DNA of 57,188 bases, the filler included, from Bipalium vagum (Eukaryota), in assembly GCA_037834085.1 (NCBI GenBank). It is 3 parts of 3 records of this genome, joined end to end, with 100 filler letters (N's around TTAATTAATTAA, not from the genome) between each part and the next. Parts side by side here need not be neighbours in the genome. Positions count along the whole stretch, not along the records: positions 18,672 to 38,604 come from JBBMKC010263755.1; 2 more parts are not named here. One strand, written 5' to 3'. This document shows positions 23,901 to 36,825 of the stretch, piece after piece. The position numbers were made by a program, and so were the translations under genes. Below the pieces are notes generated by a model. It was not told the DNA's origin and did no database searches. It worked only from the letters and a program-made list of their open reading frames with translations. Position 1 is the first letter of the stretch; the number at the start of each line of letters is the position of its first letter.

Positions 23901-26900
23901 TTCGGTTCAATTCTTGAAATTCACAAGTTATTGATGAATTGATGTCTATCCAGTCGGGTGAAAATTGAATTTTTATCTCTTCAACTAAACTGTCTAATGA
24001 TTTCACGATAGACTTTTGACGATTTAAACAGTCCACATGGTCCTGTGTAACCAGAAAACCTTGTGGGACTTCATTTTTACGAATTTCTTCTTTAATTGTA
24101 TTGATCATTTCAACAATTTTTGCGCAGCTGGAAGAGAAAGATATTCCTAATAATAATTTCGGTTTCAAATTATCATCATTAATTAGGCTGGGAATATTTT
24201 CAGAACTGGGTCCCTTGGTTACCGATTCTGAACACAAGATAATAAACCTAGACCATTGGCAAAGTTTATCTTGATAATCATTATTCATCGACTTAATTTC
24301 TTTCTCAATACAAACTGGATCGATTGAAAACTGAATTTCACTTTGCATTGTTTTTGTTATTGATTCGGTCATCATTTGAACAATTTCCAAATCTTTTTTC
24401 CATCGATTGATTCTAATCGTGCTACTGCATGAGATGGATAGTAGATGATCACATATTCCAATCAAATGGTCTTTGAACATGTTAAACTTGGCGAATTCTT
24501 CAGATTTATCTGATTCATCCAACTGTAACCGTAGACCGATGCAACGAATTGCGCTCAATTGATCAGAATTGGCTGATAACACATTCAGCTCCACGTCACC
24601 CGACGGTAAATGGGTCATTAAAGCCGTGTGCCGGGGAAACCGGCCAAAAAATGAGGTTAACCCAATTTCCTCTTTTAATTGTTTAACAAAAGACGTGACA
24701 AAATTTCGCTTTCTCTGTTGTAAATTCTTGACCTTAACTATCCATGTTTTCTTCAATGATTCCATCATCTTTTCGTCGTCAGAAGAAGCTTTCACATCCT
24801 CCACTGCTTTCGTCTCCAAATCTGTCGTTTCTTTTCGAAATTTCGTCATTGCATCCCACATTTCTTCACAGAAACCTGTCATTTCTTTGCACCATAACCA
24901 AGTGAAAGACGGCTGGAAAATGTTCAATTTGTTCATCGAAACACATTTCAAAGCATTGATGGGATTCAAGATCATGAACGTTGAGACCGATTTATTGATC
25001 ACCTCGTTCCATTGACGAAGATACTTGAATACGATCTTGTGACATTTGGCCAAGTCTGTCGATTTAGGAGGAGCATCTCCCCATTTTTTCGTCTTGATGA
25101 AATTCTTCAATTCTTGTTCGATTTTTTTGTGTTCCAACGATAAATGATCATCTACATTTCGTTCATATAACCGATAATAATCCAAATGATTTTTCAAGAT
25201 GAATTTCAATTTTTCTAAAAATCTATTGCTTCTTTTCATTTCCTTTCTGCTGCACATGGAGCTTACATAATCGATTATAAGTTTGATAACAGATAGTCTC
25301 GGCTTGAAATTGCCAACGATACTATTGGTCACCATAAACATAATCGGCTCAAAAATAGTATTGATAGAATGTTGGAAGTCATTTATTTCGTCTCGATCAT
25401 TTTCACATTGACTATCGATTTTCTCAATCTCAATCAATATATTGTTATAGATTTGAAAAAAGTCTACCGATACTGACCGTTTCAATTTCCACGAAGCCAT
25501 AACGAGAGTGTTTTGCCACATTTTCAATTCCTCATGACTCCATAGTGACAACAATCTGTTCAATTCATCGACATGTACCAACAAAGAAACGTGCCGAGCG
25601 GCAACAATTTCCCATTGTTGGATTTCGTGCATCAATCGTTCTACACTCGTTTTAAATGAAATCAGGGGACAATCGAGAGATAACATAAGAATTCCATCGA
25701 TCTTCTTTTCTATGCGCATCAGTGTGACATTATCAGGATAGTCGTTAAGAAGTTTTTTCACACTCTTCTTCGTTCCTTCCAAAATCGATTGAGTGGTAAT
25801 AATATTACCAATCTTAACGGGATCTTGATAAATATCATAGGGCTTCGCATAATCGATTGTCTGTTCTTTTGACGAACTGTTTAAACTTTCATATTCCCAA
25901 GATAAAGCTGAAATATGTGACGGGAATAGGCACAATTTATCTTCAATAACGACATTGCCACTGTCCGAACAGATCAATGCCGCTGCAAACTGATAACAAT
26001 CTCTGTACACATGTTGAGATTCTTGTTCTTGTTGATCTGGTGATAACATTTTGCTCCCATTGAAAATATTTTCAATCAATGTGACAATTGAATGCACTGT
26101 GTCTTCGGATAATATCAGGGCACGCTCCAATGTTTGGAGCTGTTCTCTCAGATTCTGAATTTTCAAAATAGCTGAATTCATTGTCGTCGACATTTCCATT
26201 GATTTATGATCAAAATACCCATCGCCATTCAAGCCAGAAGTTGCAGGACAAACTTCCAGATAAATGTTCAAAGTTTCCAACTCTTCTTCATTCAAATTCT
26301 CGGTAATTGATTGTTTTTTCATGTAACTCGAAGCTTCAGCTTCCTCTTTTTCCCGTCTTTTCTTCTCTTGCTTGTTCCACAACGTATTGAAAATGTCGAT
26401 CAATTTGTGCAATAGATCCACTGTCCGTTTAAGATCTTTATTTGGCAAATTTAAAAGTCTCAACGATAAATGGAGCAGTTTCATGTGAACTTTTGCCATT
26501 ATTTCAGCTTTACTCTCACCAATCAATATACTACAGTGCTTCATTATATCATACTCCTCCTTTAATATTCGTTCCACTAAATCAATATTGTTGCAATTAG
26601 GAAATTGACAAAACAATTCACACATTTTCGTTGCACTTTTTGTCCGTTCGTCAAAATCATTGTTCAATATAGATTTTGTTCTCTGTATCAAATCCATTCC
26701 GACTAAAACTCTTCCAATTGCCAAAGCCAATGGTTCAATGAGATCGGGGAATGCAAATCGATCCGTGCTGGAGAGGAAATATTCCAATAGCTCTCCTGCA
26801 CCCATACTCCACTCGATAATGAAACTGGAATCCAAATCCGAAACGTTTCTCATTGTCGAATCACTGTCGTCACACAATAACGTCCATCCATATCGGGACA

Positions 26901-29900
26901 TGAATCGAATTATTCGATTTCTCAATTCGTGGAATTTTCCATCTGGAACAGGTCTCAAAACAGATGAGACTTGCTTTTGGAATACTTCTCGTAATTCTTT
27001 CAATCTCTTCCATGTTGCATGTAATAAAGGATGCTCCAACCCGTGAGCATTCCAGCACTGCTCTGAATGGTTGTCACTGTACTTGTTTATACCAATAAAA
27101 AACCGCCGGTACATCGAAGCGATATTTTCTTGTGTCGATAAATCTTCGATTTCCTCACTCAAATATTTATTCTCCCAATATAATTGACATTGTGGATCCA
27201 ATGTTTCCGTGACAATAAATAATTTCATTTGAACACAACCCCAGCGAATCCAAAGTTTTCCGATTTCCATTGTTACCAGTCTGTCGTCTTTTTTATCGTG
27301 AACCATCTTTTCCAAATTATTTATATCGCTTTCCAAACAAAAGAACCAAGGAAAATGAGCGTTTATCCATTCATCGACATTGCCCTCTTCGTTCCAGCAA
27401 CTGACTATACAATTTCTTTGTGAACGAATTAATGTGGTCAATAGTTTTCTTTCCCGTTCACTAAAATTAAAAAAGGATATTAAAAAGAGAAGGAAACCAA
27501 AATATGGAACATTACATTCGTAACTTTTTTGAAGTAATAACACAAACACTTTCCATATAATTGATCTTGCAAATTTTCAATTGATTTTTTCTTGTTGAAA
27601 TTGACCGTAAACATCTGTTAGCCGAATTGACAGACCCAATGTTACTCAAATAGCCATAAATGTCTTTTTCACATCGACTTCCGTTTACGAGAAGAAATAT
27701 CGATTTATTGGGATCGGTCCATGTGTCTTTAATACTTGGCTAAAGTAAACAAAATTCAACAAAACGTCGTTAATTGCACAGTATATCTAAAATATATTCC
27801 TCAATAATAATAACCTGTTTAAATTTTGGGTTTGAGAAATCCAGCTCGATCGTCTGTTCGTCCGCTTCAGTGTTAATGTGAAAATTACAATTGGCAACTA
27901 TTTGATTCCATGCACCTTGGCTTATAAGATAACTTGTCCAATCGGAAAGTGAAATGAAATTGATGTTCATCTGATCTGAATCTGTCAATCGTTTTTGAAA
28001 ATCACATGGCAATGGAGGAATGAACGATCCAAATTCCAAAACATTCACCAGAGGTTTCGATGATGAGTTTATCACCTCAGCCAACATTGTCAACATAAAT
28101 GGCCAGATTCGAACAGTTTCAATATCAAATTGGCTTAGAAGATCATTTGAACTTGTGTATACTGGTTTTGTTTCCATTGCATAGTTACAAAACAATGTGC
28201 ACAATGAACTCTTTAACGACTCCTCTCCCATTGCGTTCCAAATCGTTATGGATTTTTTTTCCAACTGTTCACTTGAAATCAACGATCGATAATAATCATA
28301 ACAATCGATCAGATTGGAGTGTGAATAAGTTAATCTCACAAGATTTCGTTTTACACCAATAGATCTGAATATATCACGCACTATTTCCATATTTTCATCT
28401 GGGTTCAAGTGTTTCTCGTTTAAATTACTTAATATTTTCTGACCGACTTTCTTTATTTCTCCGTACTTGACATTAGCAATAGACAAAGTTTCTAAAATTG
28501 ATGTTATGTGAAATGAAAATGCACTGATCCAATTATTGTCTTTTGACGGAACAAATTGGCAAAATTGATGCAACAGTTTGCTAACTCGAATTAACAAGAA
28601 CATATTATCCATGTTGCACAATTCACCAAACGAAAATGTTGATAAAAGATGAATAAAATCCAAAATCGATTTGTCAAAACCAACCAATCGGCTGATAATA
28701 GCTTTCGATAATCGACCCAGTCCCAATAACTTTGCAATTTGGAACACGTTGAATGTGCCAATTGTATTTTCAGTCAAAAAACTTGGTTTCACATTTTCAT
28801 CGATTGCAAAATATTCTCTGTGGTCCATCGAATTTTCAATATTATACATGTGGAACAAAATCCTGCAAATTAAAAATAAATAATAAATAGAAAATTTAAA
28901 TTAATTATAAAAAAATAAGAAATACTCACGAGTTTGCTTGTCGGAAATCTAATGAGAGGAACTCGGCCCAATTTGGTAGCCACCTCAAATCGATTGGTAA
29001 GGACGAATCGTTGCAGTTGATTTGAGATCGACGCAAAATGTCACTGAACCTGTTGCATAAACTGCTATAATCACTATCAAAATTTTCCATTAAAGACAAT
29101 CGATCACAGATATCGTTCAAGCTGGAATACTGCATGAATAGTCGAGCTACGATTATTCTATTTTCTGAGTCCATCGACAGTAATTTTATGCAATTCTTAG
29201 CAGCCGTAAAATGCTGTCGAACCATTTCAGTCTTTGGATTACTGATCAGATTGCACAACGATAAAGTGCCACAGAAGATTTCATTGTCCAGACATTCTTT
29301 TCCCTTGTTTTCAAATATATTATTAGAATTGCTTGCAATGATTTCATTAATTTCATTTCTGACATTGAAAGTAAGTTGCATGTCTTTATACACTATCTCC
29401 AGACAATCGTTCAACGCGTAACCCTGGTTTAGAAGTCGACATACTTGCATCAATGAGGAAACGTTTCCGATTTTGATTTGTGGAAAATTTTCCTGGCACT
29501 TTATCACAGTTTTGTGGAAATGTAAGACTTGTAGTGCTTGTTCTTCGCCTATTTTATGAGAATTGGTCAATAGAGACAAAATGTCTTCATCGTTCAATGG
29601 CTGTTCTTTATGAGACGCTACCATAGCAATCTCCAAACCTCTGTTACGCATTGCCCTTGAGATTTCTTCTTCACATTCCGGATCCATTATGAGAAACATT
29701 CTAAAATTAGGATGTGGTTTAATTTCTTCCAATTGACCACCTTTTATTGGACCGCGCTCGTTTAAAATCAATGATCCATTTGGCTCCAATAATCCATTTA
29801 ATCGATCCAATACAGATGGTTTACAGAAGTTAACAGTATCCAAAACCAACCAATCGCCATTTTTCAATGATTGTACCAAAGTACTATCGATCCATTTTAT

Positions 29901-32900
29901 TTGTCGACCGCCTTTGATTTGTTCGAACGAACCCAACAAATCGCACGTTTCCATCGAACTATTCATTGACATTGTTCTCAAATTATTTCTCGTAATTTCA
30001 GCTAATAAATTAATAATGCTTGTTTTACCCGTTCCGGAACCACCGGCAAGAATCGTTAACCAACCCATTTCGATTGTCAACATTATTGATTCCAATGTCC
30101 ACAACTGACCGGGTAAAACAAAACTCCTTTCAATAAATTCAGAATTTTTATGGCAGTTATTAGTGTCATTATTGATTTTTAATTTTGCTCGTCCAACTTT
30201 TACAAATTCACTAGTTACATACAACTCTGGGTGTTTAAGCCAAAGTTTACTAAATCTGTATTCTTCAGCTAAGCCGTTGTAGAGATTAATAGCTGCTTCT
30301 TGATCATCCTGTGTACGGAATCTGGTAACAAATAATAATGAGGCAAAAATTGATGGCTCAAAATAAGCGTTTTTATGGTCTTGCTTATGAGCAATCAATA
30401 AATCACACCATCTCGTCAAGTCTCGCAAATTAAATTCCCACGGTGAACCTCTCAATCCAAAAGACCGTAACACCATTACTTCGTATTGGAGTCTTTGTAC
30501 ATAATCGACCATAAAACGAATTGTTTTTTCTGGAATTTGGCAATATATATTCGACAAAATATCAACATAATCTGACGTTTCGAGACTGGCCATGTAAACC
30601 TGATTGAATCGATTGATAAACGATTTCGGAAGACTGTTTCTCCCACTACCTTCGCTTTGAGGATTTTGACAAGCAAAAAATCTAGTCTGACCGCGCTTCA
30701 GGTGGAAAGTCTGATTGATTTCCGGAATATATATTTCTCCTCGGTGATCGAAACATGCGTTAAGACTTTCCAAAACTTCAGAAGAAGCTAAATTCATTTC
30801 GTCCAGTAATATCCAGTCACCATTTCGTAAAGCCTGAAGAAAAGGCCCATCTTTCCAAGAAAATTCAAGTCCATTTTCATTCTCTGTTGGTAAAACACAC
30901 CCGAACAAGTCACTGGCTTCGGTCTGTTCTGAAAGATTTATACGTACCACTTTGAATCCGGCAATTTTTGCCAATTGGCTCACTAAGCTGGTTTTGCCTA
31001 CTCCTGGGCTTCCTTCCAACAATAGAGGCTTTTTTCCTATTTGCATAGCTCTGAATAATCGATAAAGATTATCGATAGTTGTTTTGTTCGTAAAACTGTA
31101 TTTTTGATTGTCTTTATCACCATTTGAAAAATTACCAATCAACGAGGAATCCGTATATGGGCCCATTGAAATATAGAAAGGACTTATTCCAATATGACCT
31201 GAAGACTGGATATTCAATTTCTTATCGATTGAACTCAAATCAAATTTATTATCCACTTCCGGTATATATTGATTGACGAAGTATTTGATTTTTTCGATCA
31301 ATCGCATCTCGTAAAGTTTCTTTTCTACCTTATTACTGATTGAGTCAATAATAACCATGTAAGCACCGTGCATTAATGATTCATATATTGATACTTTATT
31401 GGTCTGTGAAACATTGATGAATTGAATCCACGCTAATAAGTCTCGAATTGTAACCACGGAAAACCTGAATAATCGCTTAATTTCAGACATTTTTTCTTTT
31501 AATGTTACTTACTTAATTTCATAAGAAATTTCATGAACATATCGTAGAAAATTAACGACAACTTTAGCTAGTTTTATTTTGATCTCTGGAATTTCGATTT
31601 GTTCATCCAGAGACAGATTCCTTTCAGCGATTTTAACCCAATCATTAAATCCACTTTCTGTCGTGTTCCACGAATTTGATGGACACCATATTTCGGTAAA
31701 TCGATTTCTCAGAGCTGGTGACAATTCCTTTTTTCCACTATCACCACCGGGATTCATCGTAGCTACAACTTGGAATTCGGGGCTGGCAACAATTTCATAA
31801 GAAGACTGATTTGTTTTTTGCACTGACTGCTCAGTATCACTTGCACTATTTTCTACCAAAGTCAATTTGCGATCTGACTCCAACACACTGTTCAATCTCT
31901 CCAAAACCGAATGATCTGCTAATGATATTTCATCGATGAGAAACATTTTTCCTTCTTTCATTGCAACCACGAGGGGCCCATCAATCCACTCAAATAAGCG
32001 ATCGCTTTTCTGTTGAAATAAAGAAAAAACAAATGATTTAATAAATTTCAAATTAAATTTTTAACAATTTTAATTAAATTAAATATATTTATTTTTAATT
32101 GAATAATTATTTTTAATTTATGTTTTTTAATTATCAGTTATAAAACAAATTTTAAAGATACTATTGATTTCTTACTTTGTCATTGTCAACGGGTCGCATT
32201 GCACCAAGAAAATCACTTGCATCCGTGTATTGATGACAATTGATAGATAACAATTCACAATTTCTGACCATTGCAGCCAATTGACAGACAGTGGTTTTCC
32301 CACACCCAGTGTTACCAACTAATAGCACTGGTTCATTGCACTGCAAAGATCGAATAAGTAAGACTGCCAAGCGACACAAATCAAAGGTCCATTCAATACT
32401 TTCCATTCCCTGGATCATCGAACATTTTTCCAAAATGGATTTTGCGATATTCGATCCGGATGCTGAAAAAAACCATTCGTCGTTCAATTGAACTTGAGAA
32501 TTTTTAAATATTTCTGCCAAAGTGTCCGTTACGACTTTCACTCCTTCGATCGATCTCTCCTTTCCTGTCAACAACAAATAACCCTCTTCCACCATACATC
32601 TCTCCCAATCAAAAAATCGATCTGCTTTATCGTGCTGCTGATACACTCTCCTGGCCCAACGAAACAAGTCTCTCAATGAAATGTACTTTTGATTTCCTTG
32701 AGCCAAATCCAATTCCTGAGTTTTTATATGCATTAAACGCATAGTTTCTACCATTTTTCGTCCTTTGTTTTTCGGTATCTTGCAACATTCATCCAGAATT
32801 TCCACCAATTCCACATCAGGTATTGGATTGAAATGAAGTTCAATAAATCGATTTCTCAATGCTCGAGACAAAACATTGCGCCCACCATACATTCCAGGAG

Positions 32901-35900
32901 GGTTTTGTGTGGCAAATAATCGAAACATCGGATGAGCTTTAATTGTTGTTTGAGTTTCCGGAATAAACAATTCCCGGTTATCGTCCAAAACTCGATTGAG
33001 AGCTTCTAACACTTCAGTGGGTGCCAAATTCAACTCATCCAAAATAATCCAATGACCCTGTCGCATAGCGTGAACAAGTATTCCTTCTTTGAACACAAAT
33101 TTCCTTTTTGATCCACTAGAACTTTCATTGACATATGATCCGACGTATTCTTGTACATCGGTTGATTCGTGATTATTAACTCGATGACAAATGTTTCCTG
33201 TCAATTTTGCCAAATATGTAATCAAACTCGTTTTACCAACTGATGTTTCTCCTTGAACCAATACCGGTAACGATTTCCTGATTTATTATAAAAAAAATAA
33301 TAAAGCTTTTTGAAAAACTCAACATATTTACCCAGAAGACACAATTCTCGCTAAATCTTTCAGATTTCGACTAACAGATTTTGTGATTTTGTAACCTTTC
33401 ACAAATTCGTCAATTTCCTCAATATTGGTTTGATATATCGATCCAGTTTTAATCGCGTAACCCATTATTATTTTGTAATCTTTTCTTATCAATTGTTCTG
33501 CTACGCTCGCATTGCTCAATAATCCAGAAACCTCAAATTTTGTCAAATCGATTTTGAAATGTTGTCTAAACAAATCGTCAAAAATTTGTCTCGATTCGTC
33601 TTTCAATTGAGATTTGAAACTGAAACTGAACCCCTGAATACATCGATGAATATTTATCCGTCAATTAAACATATATTACGTACCTCATACAGTGCTCTAA
33701 TTGTTGTCGTCTTGTACAACTCACTGGTAATAATATGTCCGACGGCTTCAAGACCTCGACAAAGTGTTCTCAAACTAAATTGCGGTTTATTGTCCGCTCC
33801 ATCGACAATGCGATTATTTTTCACATTCATTCTCAAGTCTAAATAAAAAGAGACAACGGATTCCGCCAGTCGATAACTCAACGATCCCAAATAATATTTA
33901 ACAATGACACTCAATTCTTCCACATCGTCCAGTTCGTGCAAATAGATTTCTGTAAATCGATTTCGAAGACCTTGGGGTAAATTCTTCTTTCCAACGTCGT
34001 TACATGGATTCATGCAGGCAAACATTCTAAAGTCTTCATGCCTTTCTATTGGTATTTTGTCACTGAGGATATCATTATATAAATTCAACAATTCGTTTGA
34101 AAAATATTACCCTCTTTCTGTTAATGTTATTGACCCTTTGGATGATTCCAAAAGACCACTAAGGCTTTGTAATATTTCAGGAGGAGCCAAATTAATCTCA
34201 TCCAATAAAATCCAATCACCGTTTTTCATTGCCTTTACCAATGCTCCTTCAATAAAGGAAAACGTATAACTCGATTGCAACTTTTTCAGTTCTTTTGATA
34301 ATAAATCAACATTTTCGTAAATGTCACTCCAGTCTTTTTTCAATGATTCTGATAAAGTTAACTTTTCCAAACCATGAACTGCATCAGAGATAACTTTGCT
34401 ACCAATGAGTTTCAGAAAAACATCGTAGTTCTTCGACTCATAAGCTTTCTAAATTTAAACAATATTTATTTTTATTGACTTATTAATTTGATTTCAAACG
34501 AAAATTGGTCGTACCTTTACATAATTCAGAAAAACTGCATTCTTTTCTCCATTAAATGACAACTGGAAAGCTTTATTGAAACAATTCATCAAATCGTTAA
34601 ATCGATTATTCAATATCGATTTCTGTTCTTCTGACATGGCATTGTTGACGGGTTTATATCTGACAAAAATAAGAAATTTTTTGAATTATATTTAAAACCA
34701 ATGTAGCTTACCCTCCTAACCAGTCAGCACTATCACTTTCCTGGTTCATATTGATTACAATGAGTTTTCGATAGAGTAATTTGCTCAAATATTGTACAGT
34801 CGATGTTTTACCACAACCAGTTTCACTTACTAACAACACCGGTTCTTTCATTTGTACACATCGAGAAAGGGTTTCCAAAAGTTGAACCATTTGTCGTGTC
34901 TGTGCCATATGCCTAGAAGGACTGAATGGAGTTGAAAAAAGTAAATGTCACAATCGTTACAGAGCCATTATAAAAAATTAATAGTCTTTGAGTAACAGAA
35001 CTCAATTTTAATAACATTAATTTATTTTAAAAATATAATCAAAAAATTGAAATACTTGATAGAATCTTTAGCACCTCTCTCCTTCTTCATAAGTTCTACT
35101 CTACCAACATAAAGAATATTTTCTCTCACTGGATCACTACTTATCTTGCAAGATCGATGTTGCATTGTATTTTCTACCTGCAAATAGGAACGAAAATAAT
35201 TTTATGACTGGAAATAAAGGAGAAATAACCAACCTTAACTTTGTTGAGATTGAAAACTGATCCTAATATTGTGACAAATTTTCTCTTGAATTCATTGTCC
35301 GACAAATGATGAACAAAACAATCGAGAGCATCAAGAAAATAACACACAGCTTGGTCTTCCGTGGACAGGTTAATGTTAGATATTCGGTGACAAAATTTGA
35401 AGAGGTCTCTGGAACTATTCACTCTCGAGAGACCTTTGAGTTCATTGAATTTCATGACCAGATCAAGAATGCCTTGTGTACAAGTCAACTTAGGAAGAAA
35501 CGATGTGATCGACGGATAATTGGATTTGATTATTATTTCTAAACTGGCATTTGACAACTTGTCTATCAAAATCGTTTGACATTTGTTCAAGCAATTGGAA
35601 CTATATCTGCAATTTTCCGTTTTCAAACTAACTTCTCGGTAACCATCCTCGATCTCTGAAAGACTTTGCGTAACTATAATGCGAAAGTCTTCACTTGCTA
35701 TAATTTCTTCATTTAATTGAATAATATTGGTTAATTTTGGTCTTAATCCGTGGGTTTTGGCCTCAAAGAGAGATCTCAGCATGCCAAAAATATCTGATTG
35801 ACCAGTCAAAACATCCTCCAAGACTAACCAGCAGCCATTTTTCATAGCTCTAATCAGTGGTCCATCAACCCATTTATATTCGTTTGGTACATCAGTGCAA

Positions 35901-36374
35901 CAATAACCGCCTAATAAAGTTTTGTAATCTGTATCGTCACTCATTTGAACTTTACAGACGGTTTTATTCATCTGTTTAGCCATATAATCAACAAATGTAG
36001 ACTTTCCACTTCCAACCGGTCCATTTAGAAAAATACATAATTTATTTTCTATACACAGTTGAAAATGTTTGATATTTTTTTCCATTTGAGGAATATTAAC
36101 GAAATTATCTATTTCTGAAAGATCCTAAATAAAGAAATACGTTACCAAAGCGTTTCCTAATTAAAAATCAAACTTTTTTAAGATTGTCTAAAACATTATC
36201 AGTTTTCATTTTTTTATTAATGTGACTTTTCTAAAATACATTATTCATTTCAACATTTAGTAAACAACAAACTTCATTAGGTACTCTCCGCTTTTTACTG
36301 ATTTTACTTTTATTATTTGATGAAGACTAAATTATTATTATATAAATCATATCATCATAAAATATAATTACCAT
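20971..36374 (-). CDS. MDN1: Midasin (MDN1/Rea1) AAA+ ATPase, pre-60S ribosome biogenesis factor; 16-exon model, ~4798 aa
   Basis: Six AAA modules with Walker A GPVGSGKS, SETGCGKT, GETSVGKT, GNTGCGKT, GSPGVGKT, GGSGTGKT and Walker B e.g. WILLDEINLA, WIILDELNLA, FLIDEISLA, WILLDEMNLA. These are followed by a long helical linker, a D/E-rich tether and a C-terminal MIDAS domain (DNSKS...ILSDG...LRQWF). Phase-consistent GT-AG exons, 5' to 3': 36372-36374, 36273-36326, 36174-36230, 35234-36124, 35056-35177, 34712-34921 (alternative acceptor 34912), 34515-34659, 34111-34448, 33684-34062, 33332-33633, 32176-33277, 31513-32009, 28930-31464, 27815-28862, 27516-27739, 20971-27460. Total 14397 nt, divisible by 3. 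The first three micro-exons are the least certain. Confidence 0.97.
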
Positions 36375-36743
36375 GAAAAGTTTTTAAAATATTTTGAGGT
36401 TAAATTAATATTTAAACAATATTAATATGATAACCAATATTAAATTTATTTTTAAAATGATATGAAATTAATAAATTTAGAGGTCTATGTAAATAATTTC
36501 TTATTAAATTGATTTTCATAAAAACACTGCTTATGGATTCTATGATTTAATTCATCTGTTATCAAAACCTTTTGACTCATTACACGGGATTGAGAATATG
36601 ATCAACCTGCTTAATTTATTTTAGTATTTCAGAAATGAATTAGATAAATCTTATTAAATACTTCTGAATATTACCAGAAGATCTATTATGTTACCTATAT
36701 ATTAATTAACTATAAATCTGTTTTCGTCCAGATTTGAAAGTTA

Positions 36744-36825
36744 CAGAGTGATACAAAAAGTAACGCAAAATTTCATGATCACTTACTAGATCGATAAAAA
36801 TGTTGTTACTTTTTTAAACCCCCTG
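36744..36825. mobile_element. ~82-bp MITE-like element with Tc1/maT-type TIRs upstream of MDN1
   Basis: TA-cagagtgatacaaaaagtaac...gttacttttttaaaccccctg; imperfect ~22-bp inverted termini. Confidence 0.5.

Noticed and set aside
21610-25015. Several plus-strand and alternate-frame ORFs (e.g. 21610-22254, 22778-23239, 24569-25015)
   Set aside because: Shadow ORFs of the MDN1 exon caused by the biased D/E/K codon composition.
36125-36145. Possible 21-nt intron in MDN1
   Set aside because: The upstream frame hits a stop within a few codons; the 49-bp intron gives an open, phase-consistent model.
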